64,000 bases of DNA. It comes from Peptococcaceae bacterium (GTDB lineage Bacteria > Bacillota > Peptococcia > DRI-13 > PHAD01). The translations under genes were made by a program, and so were the position numbers. The stretch's first letter is position 1. The number at the start of each line of letters is the position of its first letter. Below, in pieces: positions 33,727-46,209 of this stretch. The notes below the pieces were generated by a model. It made no database searches, was not told the DNA's origin, and saw nothing but the letters and a program-made list of their open reading frames with translations. The stretch covers positions 28,541 to 92,540 of the forward strand of contig JANLFJ010000005.1 in assembly GCA_024655825.1 (NCBI GenBank), written 5' to 3'.

Positions 33727-33775
33727 AAAACAGTAGGAGAATGTTGCTGCTGTTTTGCTTTGTCCTTTCTTTTTG
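33716..33775 (+). terminator. Riboswitch expression-platform terminator (glycine ON switch)
   Basis: AAAGGACA...AAAACAGTAG/CTGCTGTTTT...TGTCCTTT followed by CTTTTT; competes with the 3' strand of aptamer-2 P1. Confidence 0.7.
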
Positions 33776-33829
33776 GGATTAGAAATTAAAAAAACGGGCA
33801 GATTTTGAAAAAGAGAGGTGGTCGGCCAC

Positions 33830-34960
33830 ATGGTTAGTTTGCTTAAGACCCCGCTGTACGAACGGCATGTAGAACTGGGTGCCAGGATGGCGGGATTTGG
33901 CGGGTGGATCATGCCCATACAGTACACCGGCGTTTTGGAGGAGCACAGGGCCGTGCGCAGCGCCGCCGGGATATTTGACGTTTCTCATATGGGAGAAATA
34001 AGAGTCTCCGGAAAAGGGGCGCTTTTTTTCCTGAGAAAACTGCTCACCAGTGACCCGGCATCGCTTGAAACCGGCCAGGTCCAGTACAGCCTGATGTGTT
34101 GCGAATCAGGCGGAGTGGTGGACGACCTGCTGGTTTACAGGCTTGGAGAGGAGAGCTTTTTGCTGGTGGTTAACGCCGGAAATAAGGACAAGGACGTGGA
34201 CTGGCTTAGGGGACATCAAAAGACTACGGGTCATGGAGACAGTGTTGAAATAAGGGACATCTCAGCGGAAACCGGCCAAATAGCGGTGCAGGGACCCCGC
34301 TCTGCGGAGATTCTGGGCAAATTATGCGAGGCGAAACTGGAGGGGATGAGGTATTATTCTTTTCTAAAGACCAGGGTTGCGGGCCTGGAAGCGCTTGTTT
34401 CGCGGACTGGGTACACCGGCGAAGACGGGTTTGAGATTTATTTGAGGGTTGGTGAAACCAAAGAGGCCTGGGATAGGATCATGGAAGCAGGAAAACCGGC
34501 AGGACTGGTTCCTGCCGGGCTGGGAGCTAGGGACACGCTGCGTTTGGAAGCGTCGATGCCTTTATATGGTCATGAATTGAGCCAAAGCACCACACCCCTG
34601 GAAGCAGGGCTTGAAAGGTTTGTATCCTGGGGAAAAGGCGGTTTCATAGGCAGGGAAGCCCTGGAACAGGAGAAAAGGGAAGGGGTCAAAAAGAAACTGG
34701 TTGGTTTTGTGATGGTGGAAAGAGGTGTTCCCAGGGCTGGTTACGAACTGCTAAAAATGGGGCGGGTTATTGGCAAGGCGACTTCCGGAAGTTATGCTCC
34801 CAGCCTGGACGGCTGCTTAGGGATGGGCTATGTTCAGGCACAGGAAGCGGTTGCGGGCAATAGAATAGAAGTGATGATCAGGGGCAGGTGGGCTGCTGCC
34901 GAAATAGTCAACAGACCGTTTTATAAAAAAAAGGGAGGTTGGTCAAATGGGCGAGAGTGA
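33830..34960 (+). CDS. gcvT: Glycine cleavage system aminomethyltransferase T
   Basis: [40 protein letters not shown]; ATG 33830 (track start GTG 33818). Confidence 0.97.
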   Translation: MVSLLKTPLYERHVELGARMAGFGGWIMPIQYTGVLEEHRAVRSAAGIFDVSHMGEIRVSGKGALFFLRKLLTSDPASLETGQVQYSLMCCESGGVVDDLLVYRLGEESFLLVVNAGNKDKDVDWLRGHQKTTGHGDSVEIRDISAETGQIAVQGPRSAEILGKLCEAKLEGMRYYSFLKTRVAGLEALVSRTGYTGEDGFEIYLRVGETKEAWDRIMEAGKPAGLVPAGLGARDTLRLEASMPLYGHELSQSTTPLEAGLERFVSWGKGGFIGREALEQEKREGVKKKLVGFVMVERGVPRAGYELLKMGRVIGKATSGSYAPSLDGCLGMGYVQAQEAVAGNRIEVMIRGRWAAAEIVNRPFYKKKGGWSNGRE

Positions 34961-35327
34961 ATTGAAGTATACCAGGGAGCACGAATGGATTAAAGTGGAA
35001 GGTACGAAGGCCTTGGTCGGTATTACCGATTATGCCCAGGAAGCACTGGGGGACGTGGTTTTTGTGGAGCTTCCCGAAGTGGGCAAAGAGCTGGAAATAG
35101 GGGATGTTTTGGGGGTCGTGGAGTCAGTAAAAGCGGCTTCGGATGTTTATTCACCGTGCCGGGGAAAGGTTACCGCCGTGAATGAAGCCCTGTTTAACAA
35201 TCCGGAACTGGTAAACAAGGACCCTTATGGAGACGGGTGGATGGTCGAAATGGAATTCACCGAACTGGCCGGCGATCTTTTATCAGAGGAGCAGTATGAA
35301 GCCAGGCTGGCCGAGGAGGGGAAATGA
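34947..35327 (+). CDS. gcvH: Glycine cleavage system H protein
   Basis: [32 protein letters not shown] lipoyl-Lys, DPYGDGW. Confidence 0.97.
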   Translation: MGESELKYTREHEWIKVEGTKALVGITDYAQEALGDVVFVELPEVGKELEIGDVLGVVESVKAASDVYSPCRGKVTAVNEALFNNPELVNKDPYGDGWMVEMEFTELAGDLLSEEQYEARLAEEGK

Positions 35328-36688
35328 TGATTCCTTATATACCGCATACTCAGGCCCAGGTGGAAGAAATGCTGCGCACGATCGGGGCACGGTCCATAGA
35401 AGAGCTTTTCGGCGATATTCCCGCAGAGGTCAGGTTTAAGGGCGAACTGCGGCTGCCGGGAGGTCTCTCGGAAAAAGAGACCTGGGACCACCTGGCTGAG
35501 CTGGCTGAAAAAAACTGCCACAGCGGACAGTACACCTGTTTTCTTGGCGCCGGTTCTTACCAGCATTACCAGCCTAAAGCAGTGAAACATCTTTTGTCCC
35601 GTTCTGAATTCTACACCGCCTATACCCCATACCAGCCTGAAATAAGCCAGGGGATACTGCAGGCAATTTTCGAGTACCAGACCATGATTTGCGAGCTGAC
35701 CGGGATGGATGCCGCTAATGCCTCTGTCTATGACGGCGCTACTGCTGTATCCGACGCGGCTCTGATGGCGGCTGAAGCCACGCGCCGGAGGGTTATTCTG
35801 GTCAGCAGCCTGCTGCATCCGGAGTACCGCCAGACCATGCGGACTTATTTGCGGAGGCGGGGGCTGGAAATAAAGGAGATCCCCTGGGAAGAAGGGCTTA
35901 CCAGCCAAAGAGCCCTGGAAAAGCTTTTGGACAAGGATGTGGCCGGGGTGGCTGTTCAAAACCCGAATTTCCTGGGAAGCATTGAACCGCTGCACCTGCT
36001 GGCCGGCGCTGTTCACGAGGCCGGTTCGCTGCTCATCGCCTGCGTGGATCCCGTTTCCCTCGGCCTAATTGAAAGTCCAGGGAAACTGGGAGCGGATATA
36101 GCGGTGGGCGAAGGGCAGAGCCTGGGACTTCCCATGAGTTACGGAGGTCCGCACCTCGGGTTTATGGCGGTGAAGGAAAACATGGTACGCCGCCTGCCCG
36201 GCAGGATTGTCGGCAAAACAAGAGATAAAGATGGGCGCGAAGGATTTGTGCTTACGCTTCAGGCTCGTGAGCAGCATATCCGCCGGGAAAAAGCCGGCTC
36301 CAATATTTGTTCCAACCAGGCCCTCTGCGCGCTGGCGGCCACCATTTATCTTGCGCTCATGGGCCCGGTCGGTTTAAGCGAAGTAGGCAGGCAGTGCCGG
36401 ATGAAGAGCAACTACGCCATGTCGCGCCTGGAAAAGATTCCTGGCGTTACGGTTCCTTTTTCGGTTCCTGTTTTCAAGGAATTCGTTGTCAGGACGCAAG
36501 AGGAACCGCAGCAGGTTAACAAGAGGCTGTGGAAAGCTGGAATCCTGGGAGGGCTCGATTTGATGCGGTTTTATCCGGAACTGTCAGGTCATATCCTGCT
36601 GTGTGTGACGGAGATGCGCACATACCAGGAAATAGACAAGCTCATCAGGGTATGGGAGGGAACCGGTGATGGAAAAATTGATTTTTGA
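35324..36688 (+). CDS. gcvPA: Glycine dehydrogenase subunit 1
   Basis: [52 protein letters not shown]. Confidence 0.97.
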   Translation: MMIPYIPHTQAQVEEMLRTIGARSIEELFGDIPAEVRFKGELRLPGGLSEKETWDHLAELAEKNCHSGQYTCFLGAGSYQHYQPKAVKHLLSRSEFYTAYTPYQPEISQGILQAIFEYQTMICELTGMDAANASVYDGATAVSDAALMAAEATRRRVILVSSLLHPEYRQTMRTYLRRRGLEIKEIPWEEGLTSQRALEKLLDKDVAGVAVQNPNFLGSIEPLHLLAGAVHEAGSLLIACVDPVSLGLIESPGKLGADIAVGEGQSLGLPMSYGGPHLGFMAVKENMVRRLPGRIVGKTRDKDGREGFVLTLQAREQHIRREKAGSNICSNQALCALAATIYLALMGPVGLSEVGRQCRMKSNYAMSRLEKIPGVTVPFSVPVFKEFVVRTQEEPQQVNKRLWKAGILGGLDLMRFYPELSGHILLCVTEMRTYQEIDKLIRVWEGTGDGKIDF

Positions 36689-38138
36689 AAAAAGCGAAGA
36701 AGGCAGGCAGGAGAAGTATTTACCGCCGCTTGAGCCCATCATGAAGGAAAAAGACTTGAAAATGACCCCGCTGCCGCCGGGATTGGAAAGAAAGGTGCCG
36801 CCGCTGCTTCCGCAACTGACGGAGGGGGAAGTGGTGCGTCATTATACAAGGCTTTCCCAATTGAATTACGGGGTGGATACGGGTTTTTACCCCCTGGGCA
36901 GCTGCACGATGAAGTACAACCCCAAAATCAACGAGGATGCGGCCAGCCTGCCAGGGTTTGCCGGGCTGCACCCGTACCAGCCGGAAGAAACAGTACAGGG
37001 CGCCCTGGCCTTGATGTACAAAACACAGCAGTACCTGGGAGAAATCGCGGGAATGGATGCCGTTTCCTTGCAGCCGGCAGCGGGAGCCCACGGCGAGTTT
37101 ACCGGGCTGCTCATCATCATGGCCTATCATGAATCCAGGGGACAGTACGGGCGTAACAAGGTTATCGTACCCGATTCTTCGCACGGCACCAATCCGGCGA
37201 CAGCGGCGCTGGGCGGCTGTGAAATCATCCAGCTGCGTTCCAACCGTGCGGGTACTGTTGACCTGGAGGAACTGCGCCGGGCGGTAGGAGAAGATACTGC
37301 GGCCCTTATGCTGACAAATCCCAGCACCCTGGGCCTTTTTGAGAGGGATATACTGGAAATCGCCCGTATTGTTCATGAAGCCGGCGGTCTTTTATACTAC
37401 GATGGGGCTAATATGAACGCGATTATGGGTTATGCGCGGCCTGGTGACATGGGGTTCGATGTGGTTCATTTCAATCTGCATAAAACATTTTCCGCACCGC
37501 ACGGCGGAGGAGGTCCCGGCTCCGGCCCGGTGGGCGTGAAGGCATTTCTTGAGCCGTTTTTACCGGTTCCGGTGGTAATGTGTGACCAAGAGAATGAGCA
37601 GCGGTACTATTTGGATTACGACAGGCCCCAGTCAATCGGGAAGGTAAAAGCGTTTTACGGCAATTTTTCGGTAGTCGTTAAGGCGTATACTTATATAAGC
37701 AGGATGGGAAAAGAAGGGCTTAAGGCTGCCAGCGAAAATGCTGTTCTTAATGCCAATTACCTCATGGCCAAACTGGCGCCTTATTATCACCAGCCTTTTC
37801 CAGGACCGTGCAAACATGAATTTGTTATCACCCCCAAAAACCTTAAAGAAAAAGAAGTTCGCGCCGTTGACATAGCCAAGCGTCTCCTTGATTACGGGTA
37901 TCACCCGCCGACGGTTTATTTCCCTCTCATTGTGGAAGAAGCGCTGATGATTGAACCAGCCGAGACGGAGAGCAAAGAGACCCTTGATGCTTTTGCGGAC
38001 GCCATGGCTTCGATAGCCAGGGAAGCCGGAGAGAACACGGAAATTCTGCACGAAGCGCCTCATGTGACTCCTGTTGGCCGGCTGGACGAAGTCGCGGCAG
38101 CCCGTAAGCCCGTTCTGCGCTGGAGACCAAACAAATAA
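36669..38138 (+). CDS. gcvPB: Glycine dehydrogenase subunit 2
   Basis: [46 protein letters not shown] (PLP Lys), IEPAETES. Confidence 0.97.
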   Translation: MEKLIFEKSEEGRQEKYLPPLEPIMKEKDLKMTPLPPGLERKVPPLLPQLTEGEVVRHYTRLSQLNYGVDTGFYPLGSCTMKYNPKINEDAASLPGFAGLHPYQPEETVQGALALMYKTQQYLGEIAGMDAVSLQPAAGAHGEFTGLLIIMAYHESRGQYGRNKVIVPDSSHGTNPATAALGGCEIIQLRSNRAGTVDLEELRRAVGEDTAALMLTNPSTLGLFERDILEIARIVHEAGGLLYYDGANMNAIMGYARPGDMGFDVVHFNLHKTFSAPHGGGGPGSGPVGVKAFLEPFLPVPVVMCDQENEQRYYLDYDRPQSIGKVKAFYGNFSVVVKAYTYISRMGKEGLKAASENAVLNANYLMAKLAPYYHQPFPGPCKHEFVITPKNLKEKEVRAVDIAKRLLDYGYHPPTVYFPLIVEEALMIEPAETESKETLDAFADAMASIAREAGENTEILHEAPHVTPVGRLDEVAAARKPVLRWRPNK

Positions 38139-38159
38139 AAGGGATTAAAAGGTCCCATG

Positions 38160-38188
38160 CACACCCGTGTTTTTCCCGTCATATAGTA
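38160..38188 (+). promoter_or_regulatory. SigK-type promoter
   Basis: CACA-N16-CATATAGTA, exact match to mACm-N16-CATAnnnTA. Confidence 0.7.
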
Positions 38189-38211
38189 AAGGGGACGGGG
38201 GTGCAGGGAAC

Positions 38212-38667
38212 ATGGAAAAGGCGATTTTTTTTTCGGGAGAAGGTACCGCGTTCAGGGGGACAATTAAAACGTCAGATTGCCTGGAGTTATACCCGGAAAC
38301 CTTGCCCGCTTTGAGATTGTTGGCTCGACGAGGGTTCGGTCTTTTCCTGGTTACCCCGCAGTACCAGGAATACAGGTGGTTCAAGGCCGCCTTAAAGGAT
38401 AAAACCCTGCCGCTTGGCCATTTCGATCCGGAAAAAACGGGTGCAGCCTGTTGGGGTGAAGTGCATTCCCTTGATTGGGGAGAAAGTTATTATATAACCG
38501 ATGGGCGCTACCTGAAACTGTTTGCAGCGTGGAGCTGCAAGATCATCTTGGTTTTGTCCGGCTGCGGCGTGTCTACCCTGGCTTCGGCAGGCAGTGACCT
38601 GCAGCTTTTTGCTGACGTGTGCAAGGACATTTACGCGGCAGCCTTCAGTGCCGCGGCTGGCAAATAA
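38212..38667 (+). CDS. Degenerate GmhB/HisB-like HAD-fold protein (catalytic Asp residues lost)
   Basis: KAIFFSGEGT, LRLLARRGFGLFLVTPQ, SYYITD, IILVLSGCG parallel GmhB motifs; ATG 38212 (track start 38167). Confidence 0.65.
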   Translation: MEKAIFFSGEGTAFRGTIKTSDCLELYPETLPALRLLARRGFGLFLVTPQYQEYRWFKAALKDKTLPLGHFDPEKTGAACWGEVHSLDWGESYYITDGRYLKLFAAWSCKIILVLSGCGVSTLASAGSDLQLFADVCKDIYAAAFSAAAGK

Positions 38668-38684
38668 GCTATTTTGGAAAATGT

Positions 38685-38708
38685 CCCGTGCCTTGCAGGG
38701 GTTTTTTT
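38685..38708 (+). terminator. Possible weak terminator
   Basis: CCC(G)TGC-CTT-GCAGGG followed by GTTTTTTT. Confidence 0.4.
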
Positions 38709-38811
38709 GTGATTTTTTTATGCAAGGCAAAAAATGAGGCAAAAGCAGGCATTAATTGATATAATAAATTAATGTTATTTTTATATGAACGGTGGGCGGG
38801 AGGGAATATCC

Positions 38812-39096
38812 ATGGATGAAGAACAAAATCGGGCAATCATAACCGTGGTGGGCCGCGATAAAGTCGGTATTATTGCGGGTGTCACTTCGGCGCTGTCTGA
38901 GCAGAATGTCAATATTCTTGATATCAGCCAGACGATCATGCAAAATTTTTTTACCATGATAATGGTTGTTGACCTGGCAAAAGCCACGGTAAGCCTGCAG
39001 GAACTGCAGCGTATTTTAGCCGAAAAGGGCGAAGAAATCGGTGTGCAGATCAATGCACAGCATGAGGACATATTCAAATTTATGCACCGGATTTAG
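38812..39096 (+). CDS. ACT domain-containing protein
   Basis: [37 protein letters not shown]; usual partner of DUF711; ATG 38812 (track start 38785). Confidence 0.92.
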   Translation: MDEEQNRAIITVVGRDKVGIIAGVTSALSEQNVNILDISQTIMQNFFTMIMVVDLAKATVSLQELQRILAEKGEEIGVQINAQHEDIFKFMHRI

Positions 39097-39107
39097 GAGG
39101 GATCAAA

Positions 39108-40475
39108 ATGCCTTTTTCATTGACCCCAGGAGAGATATATGAAACAATCCGCATGATCCAGTCTGAAAAACTGGATATCCGGACTATTACCATGGGCATA
39201 AGTTTGAGAGACTGCACCAGCAGCAGCATTGTTCATACAGCCGAGAGGATCTACGATAAAATCAGCAAAAAGGCGGAGCGACTGGTAAAGGTGGGGGAGG
39301 ACATTTCTCGCGAATACGGCATTCCCATCATTAACAAGAGGATTTCGGTAACTCCCATCTCACTGGTAGGGGAAGGGTGTGACGGGAACGATTATTTACC
39401 GCTGGCCCTGGCTATGGAAAAGGCGGCCGAACAGGTCGGCGTTAATTTTATCGGCGGTTTTTCGGCCTTGGTACATAAGGGGTTGACCAAGGGAGACGAA
39501 AACCTCCTCAATTCTATCGCGGCAAGCCTTTCGGCCACGGAGAGGGTCTGCTCATCCGTTAATGTGGCGACCACCAGGACGGGGATCAACATGGATGCGG
39601 TCTACCGGATGGGTAGAATTATTAAAGAGACGGCAGAGCTGACCAAAGAGCTGGGTGCCGTCGGCTGCGCCAAACTGGTAGTATTCTGCAACGCAGTGGA
39701 GGACAACCCTTTTATGGCAGGTGCATTTCATGGCCTGGGCGAGCCTGAGGCGGCAATTAATATCGGCATCAGCGGGCCGGGGGTGGTACTGAATGCGGTA
39801 AGAAACAACCCCCAGGCTGATTTTGGCTCTCTGGCCGAAATCATTAAACGCACGGCTTTCAAGATAACGAGGATGGGAGAACTGGCGGGAAGGGAAGCAG
39901 CCAGGAGGCTCCAAGTACCGTTCGGCATCGTCGATTTGTCTCTGGCTCCCACGCCGGCGCTTGGAGACAGTGTGGCCGATATTATTGAAGCTATGGGCAT
40001 AGAGAAAACAGGCGGACACGGAAGTACCGCCGCCTTGGCCCTGCTTAACGATGCGGTAAAAAAGGGCGGGGCGATGGCTTCTTCTTATGTCGGCGGTTTA
40101 AGCGGCGCTTTTATTCCAGTGAGTGAGGACGCAGGCATGGTCAGGGCGGTTGAAGACGGCAGCCTCGGCATAGACAAGCTGGAAGCCATGACCTGTGTTT
40201 GTTCCGTCGGTCTGGATATGATAGCCGTGCCCGGAGACACTACGGCTGAAACCCTGGCGGCCATAATTGCAGACGAAGCCGCTATCGGGATGGTTAACCG
40301 GAAAACAACCGCGGTCCGGATAATTCCTGTCCCGGGGGGCAGGGTGGGAGATAAGGTGGTGTTTGGCGGGCTTTTGGGAAGCGCGCCCATCATGCCGGTC
40401 AGCAAATTTAAGGCTGACGCTTTTATCAGGCGAGGCGGCAGGATACCGGCTCCCATCACCGCGCTGAACAATTAA
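39108..40475 (+). CDS. PFL-like DUF711 (UPF0210) family protein
   Basis: [55 protein letters not shown]. Confidence 0.93.
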   Translation: MPFSLTPGEIYETIRMIQSEKLDIRTITMGISLRDCTSSSIVHTAERIYDKISKKAERLVKVGEDISREYGIPIINKRISVTPISLVGEGCDGNDYLPLALAMEKAAEQVGVNFIGGFSALVHKGLTKGDENLLNSIAASLSATERVCSSVNVATTRTGINMDAVYRMGRIIKETAELTKELGAVGCAKLVVFCNAVEDNPFMAGAFHGLGEPEAAINIGISGPGVVLNAVRNNPQADFGSLAEIIKRTAFKITRMGELAGREAARRLQVPFGIVDLSLAPTPALGDSVADIIEAMGIEKTGGHGSTAALALLNDAVKKGGAMASSYVGGLSGAFIPVSEDAGMVRAVEDGSLGIDKLEAMTCVCSVGLDMIAVPGDTTAETLAAIIADEAAIGMVNRKTTAVRIIPVPGGRVGDKVVFGGLLGSAPIMPVSKFKADAFIRRGGRIPAPITALNN

Positions 40476-40566
40476 TTACGAGGCAAAAAGAAAAAAAGGT
40501 AAAACGGAATTATTGTTGAATAATAATATAGGTCTTGTTAACTATTAAGTTGGTGAGGGAAGCTGT

Positions 40567-41979
40567 ATGTCCCTGCGGTGTTTGATGACAAAAAGGATTG
40601 GCTTGACCGTGGCGTTTTCACTGGCGGCCATTCTGGCGGTAGGATTTTTTTTGTTTGGGTTTGAAGAAAGGCCAGAGAGTATATACATGATTTTATCAAT
40701 TGCTGCTACCGGCGTTCTGATGGGAGCTGTCGTCATTTACAGCCTGGATAAAACGTTTTTGCAGCCCATAGCCCAACTGAAGGAAGGTGTGGAGTTCCTC
40801 AGAACGAAAGGGGGACCGGACGGCTGTCTTAATGTTACAGGGAAATATGAGCTTGAAGAGCTGGGGCGCTCGATCAACTGCCTGCTGGAAGAACTGGCAG
40901 ACGCCCAGCAGGAATTAAAGAAAAGCGAGAAACGCTACAGGTATTTGAGTTTTAAAGACCCCTTGACCGGTTTATACAACAGGGCGTTTTTCGATTATGA
41001 AATGAAGCGCATCAATAAAAATCTCGAGCAGTATCTTCCTTTGAGCATCATTTCTGTTGATATAGACGGACATAAGATTGTGAACGACACCTTTGGCCAC
41101 ACGGAAGGAGACCGCCAGATCAAATATGTGGCTGATATTCTCGCCAATTCCATCAGGAGAGGAGACACCCTGTCACGCATCGGCGGAGACGAGTTCTGCA
41201 TCATTCTTCCCAACGTTTCTCAGAAGGTGGCAAACCAGAGGAGAGAAAATATTCACAAGGCCGTTGAAAGTCACAACAGTGGGAATCCCTTTATACCACT
41301 GAGCATATCCGTGGGTGTGGCTACATTGAACAGCAAAGGAAAGCGCGGAAGCGTGTATGACCTTTATCACCTGGCGGATGACGACATGTATTACCATAAA
41401 TACAGCAAAACAGAAAGCGTTAAAAACAGGGTTATTGAACTGCTGCTTTCAGCTTTGTCGGAAAAGGATTATGCATCGCACGGCCATATTAAGAGAATGG
41501 TAAAAATGGCCGGGGAAATGGCCGACCGGCTGGGTCTTGACGAAAAAATGAAAAACGACCTTCTCCTGGTAGCCAGTATCCACGACCTGGGTAAGCTGGG
41601 TGTGCCCGATGAGATTTTGTTTAAAGCAGGTAAATTATCCCAGAACGAAATGTCAAAAGCGAAGAAGCATGTCAGGATCGGTTATAATATGGCCGTTAGG
41701 ACCAATCAACTGGCGCATGTTGCCGAATACATTCTGCATCATCATGAGTGGTGGGACGGCAGCGGTTATCCCTCAAAAATGAAAGGCAGTGAAATACCGT
41801 TAATCTGCAGGATTCTATCCGTCATTGATGCATATGATATTATGACAATACCGCTTCCCTACCGTCCTGCCAAAAGCAAGGAGGAGGCCGTCGAAGAATT
41901 GAAGAAATGCGCCGGGACCCAATTTGAACCGGCAGTCGTGGAAAAATTTATTGAAATGATCGAGGAGGGAAATATTTAA
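40567..41979 (+). CDS. Membrane-bound HAMP-GGDEF-HD-GYP protein (diguanylate cyclase/phosphodiesterase)
   Basis: Two TM helices, HAMP, DPLTGLYNR, RRGD I-site, RIGGDEF, IHDLGK, HHEWWDGSGYP. Confidence 0.92.
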   Translation: MSLRCLMTKRIGLTVAFSLAAILAVGFFLFGFEERPESIYMILSIAATGVLMGAVVIYSLDKTFLQPIAQLKEGVEFLRTKGGPDGCLNVTGKYELEELGRSINCLLEELADAQQELKKSEKRYRYLSFKDPLTGLYNRAFFDYEMKRINKNLEQYLPLSIISVDIDGHKIVNDTFGHTEGDRQIKYVADILANSIRRGDTLSRIGGDEFCIILPNVSQKVANQRRENIHKAVESHNSGNPFIPLSISVGVATLNSKGKRGSVYDLYHLADDDMYYHKYSKTESVKNRVIELLLSALSEKDYASHGHIKRMVKMAGEMADRLGLDEKMKNDLLLVASIHDLGKLGVPDEILFKAGKLSQNEMSKAKKHVRIGYNMAVRTNQLAHVAEYILHHHEWWDGSGYPSKMKGSEIPLICRILSVIDAYDIMTIPLPYRPAKSKEEAVEELKKCAGTQFEPAVVEKFIEMIEEGNI

Positions 41980-42040
41980 AAATAAGCAGTAGTTGATAGG
42001 GTATAATATAGCTTGAACGCGAAATTATGGAGCACGCAAG

Positions 42041-42316
42041 ATGGGCGATTTGGAAAACAGGATCAGGCAGCTGGCTGAAGCCATGGAGAAAATGAAGATG
42101 GCCGAGTACATGGAATACCTCAACAACACGAAGAGGATGCTGGCGATTAATTTTATTGCCGGGCTCGCCCGTGGACTGGGGATGGCAGTAGGCTTTACCA
42201 TTCTGGGGGCTTTTGTTGTTTATTTTTTACAGAAGCTGGTTCTTCTTAACCTGCCGGTTATCGGAGATTTTATTGCCAATATCGTCAAACTGGTTACATA
42301 CAGCTTGGAAAAATAG
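42041..42316 (+). CDS. DUF5665 family membrane protein
   Basis: NFIAGLARGLGMAVGFTILG...NLPVIGDFIA. Confidence 0.8.
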   Translation: MGDLENRIRQLAEAMEKMKMAEYMEYLNNTKRMLAINFIAGLARGLGMAVGFTILGAFVVYFLQKLVLLNLPVIGDFIANIVKLVTYSLEK

Positions 42317-42340
42317 CCTAAAAGACCTTGGAGCGGGAAA

Positions 42341-42783
42341 ATGACATTCTGGATTACGGTGCTGTTAATTATTCTTCTTGACAGGACAACAAAATATCTG
42401 ATCGGCGCGCATATGAAGCTGGCCGAGAGTATTCCCATCATTAACGGGTTCTTTCATCTTACTTATGTGAAAAATCCCGGCGCAGCTTTCGGAATGCTGG
42501 CTGATAAAAGGTGGCTGTTTATTGTTATCACGCTGGTAATGCTGGGGATAATTGTTTACACTGCGCGGAACAGCTCCGGTAAGAATACCTGGTTTGCGGT
42601 TGCCCTGGGCATGGTGGCGGGAGGTGCGTTCGGAAACCTTGTGGACCGTGTCAAAGGGGGGCTTGTTATCGACTTCATTGATTTTCGCGGAATTTGGCCG
42701 TATATTTTTAATATCGCCGATTCAGCCATTGTGGTCGGGGTTATTCTTTTGGCCTGGCAAGTACTAAAGCCAGACAGGCGCAG

Positions 42784-42790
<7 letters not shown>
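42341..42790 (+). CDS. lspA: Lipoprotein signal peptidase
   Basis: DRTTK, NPGAAFG, GAFGNLVDR, VIDF, FNIADSAI. Confidence 0.97.
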
Positions 42791-44285
<1,495 letters not shown>

Positions 44286-44286
44286 A

Positions 44287-46068
44287 CTAAAGAGCGCGTG
44301 AACTGTCCAAGATTGCTTTTATTTTTTCTTCGGTCGCAGTGACGTGAACGGTTCGCTGGTTTTCATAATGAACCATGCCCGGCCGGGCGCCTTTTCTTTT
44401 CCAAACATGTTTTTTGGGAGTGTAGTCAACAGGCACATTGGCTGACAGCCGGCCCCTGGAATGGTAAGCCGCCAGCAGGGCGGCCTTTTCCAGCACTCCA
44501 GCGGGGAGTTCCCTACCGGCCGGATTTCGTACCAGCACATGCGAGCCCGGGATGTTTTTGGTATGCAGCCAGATGTCTTCGGGTCTAGCTATTTTTGTTA
44601 CCAGGAAGTCGTTTTGCTTGTTGTTTTTACCCAGGTAAACTTCCCAACCATCAATCACGAGCTTTTGCGGGAGACTGGCGGCAGGAGCCGCGTGTTTTGT
44701 TTTTCCCGCCCTGCCTGGAGAAGTCTTGATGTAACCTGCTTCCTGCATTTCCGTTTTTATTTCCTCCAGTTCGTGTAAGTCTGCTGCATTCTCCAGGGCG
44801 GCGGCGAGGCTGGCCAGGTATTCGAGTTCTGAACTGGTTTCCTCGTATTGATGGCCAGCCTGTCGCGCGGCGTTTTGGGCCTTCCGGTATTTCTGGAAAT
44901 AGAGCTGGGCGTTATCCATGATGGAAAGGTCTTCATCCAGGGGTATTTTGACTGTACTGCCGCCGGGATCGTGGTAGTTGACGACTTCGGCTTCCTTCCC
45001 GGGACGAAGGGTGTGAAGGTGAGCGATAAGGAGTTCTCCCCACAACTGGTAGTTCCCGCATTCTTCTGCCTCTCTGATTGTTCCGAGTAGAAGGCCGGCC
45101 TTTTTCTCGCAGCGCAAGGTCTCTTTTTTTATGACCTGGAAGAGGTCGTTTTTTTTCTGGTTGAAAAGAGCGACGGTTTTTTTGGAATGGAAATAACAAT
45201 CTGCGGCTTCACTGATGCTGGGAAACTCGCGGCGCCATTCCTTGGGGTACTGGGTCATGGAGATGGCGGAAAAAGCGAGAGGCGTTTGATCCCGGATTAC
45301 GACTTCAGGTGAAAAGGAGCCATTTTTAATATCGCACGTCACCTGGGAAAAAGAGCGCCATAACCTGCTTAGCTCGTACTCCCCGCAGTATTCAAGGGGA
45401 GTGCTGTCTTCCAGGCCGCTGCGAAAAACAATCTCCGAAACGGTCTGGGGGCCAAAGCCGCTGAAAGCGGCCAGAAGTATTTTGTTCAAATTCTGGGTCA
45501 GGGGGAAGGAGAGCAGCTTCCTGTAAAAGGAATCCTGGTCAACATCCCAGGGAAGGGTTTTTTCCTGTGGAGGCGGAGGCTGGTAGGGAAGACCTGGCAG
45601 GACCTGGCGGTAGCGGCTCATATTTGCGGTCACCCTGTGGATGGCGTCTATTATTACGTCCCGGCCGGGATCCACCAGGATTATGTTGCTGTACTTCCCC
45701 ATTACTTCGATGATCAGGGTGCGTTTTGCGGTTTCGCCGAGTTCATCAACAACCTCGCAGGTTATTTCCATAACCCGTTCAAGTCCTTGCTGTAAACAGG
45801 ACAGCACTTTGCCGCCTTCCAGGTGCTTGCGAAGGAGCATGCAGAAAAGAGGAGGTTCTAAGGGATTGTTTACGGGATGGGAAGTGAAATAAATCCCGGC
45901 TTCCTGGGCTGCGGAGGAGAGCAAAAGCCTGTGTGTGCAGCCCGGCTTTTTAAGCAAAAGCAGTATTTCATTCCTGGCAGGCTGGTAAATCTTATCGATG
46001 CGCGCGCCTTTCAGGTTCCTGTTCAGTTCAAGGGAGACCGCTCTCATAACGGTTCCGTCATACGACAT
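44287..46068 (-). CDS. rqcH: Ribosome quality control protein Rqc2/RqcH (FbpA/NFACT)
   Basis: MSYDG, GARIDKIYQP, PPLFCMLLRKHL, GKNNKQND, WLHTKNIPGSHV, VPVDYT. Confidence 0.93.
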   Translation of the reverse strand: MSYDGTVMRAVSLELNRNLKGARIDKIYQPARNEILLLLKKPGCTHRLLLSSAAQEAGIYFTSHPVNNPLEPPLFCMLLRKHLEGGKVLSCLQQGLERVMEITCEVVDELGETAKRTLIIEVMGKYSNIILVDPGRDVIIDAIHRVTANMSRYRQVLPGLPYQPPPPQEKTLPWDVDQDSFYRKLLSFPLTQNLNKILLAAFSGFGPQTVSEIVFRSGLEDSTPLEYCGEYELSRLWRSFSQVTCDIKNGSFSPEVVIRDQTPLAFSAISMTQYPKEWRREFPSISEAADCYFHSKKTVALFNQKKNDLFQVIKKETLRCEKKAGLLLGTIREAEECGNYQLWGELLIAHLHTLRPGKEAEVVNYHDPGGSTVKIPLDEDLSIMDNAQLYFQKYRKAQNAARQAGHQYEETSSELEYLASLAAALENAADLHELEEIKTEMQEAGYIKTSPGRAGKTKHAAPAASLPQKLVIDGWEVYLGKNNKQNDFLVTKIARPEDIWLHTKNIPGSHVLVRNPAGRELPAGVLEKAALLAAYHSRGRLSANVPVDYTPKKHVWKRKGARPGMVHYENQRTVHVTATEEKIKAILDSSRAL

Positions 46069-46209
46069 CTTTCCACCTCGCCATCTGGTTTTGCTTTAAT
46101 AAGTATATCCCATCTCATGTTTTTTGTGCCAGTAGTAAAAGGTTATTATTAACGGCCGAAAAGAATAAAAATGAAGGGTGGGTAATTGATTTTTGCGAGG
46201 TGGGAATTG

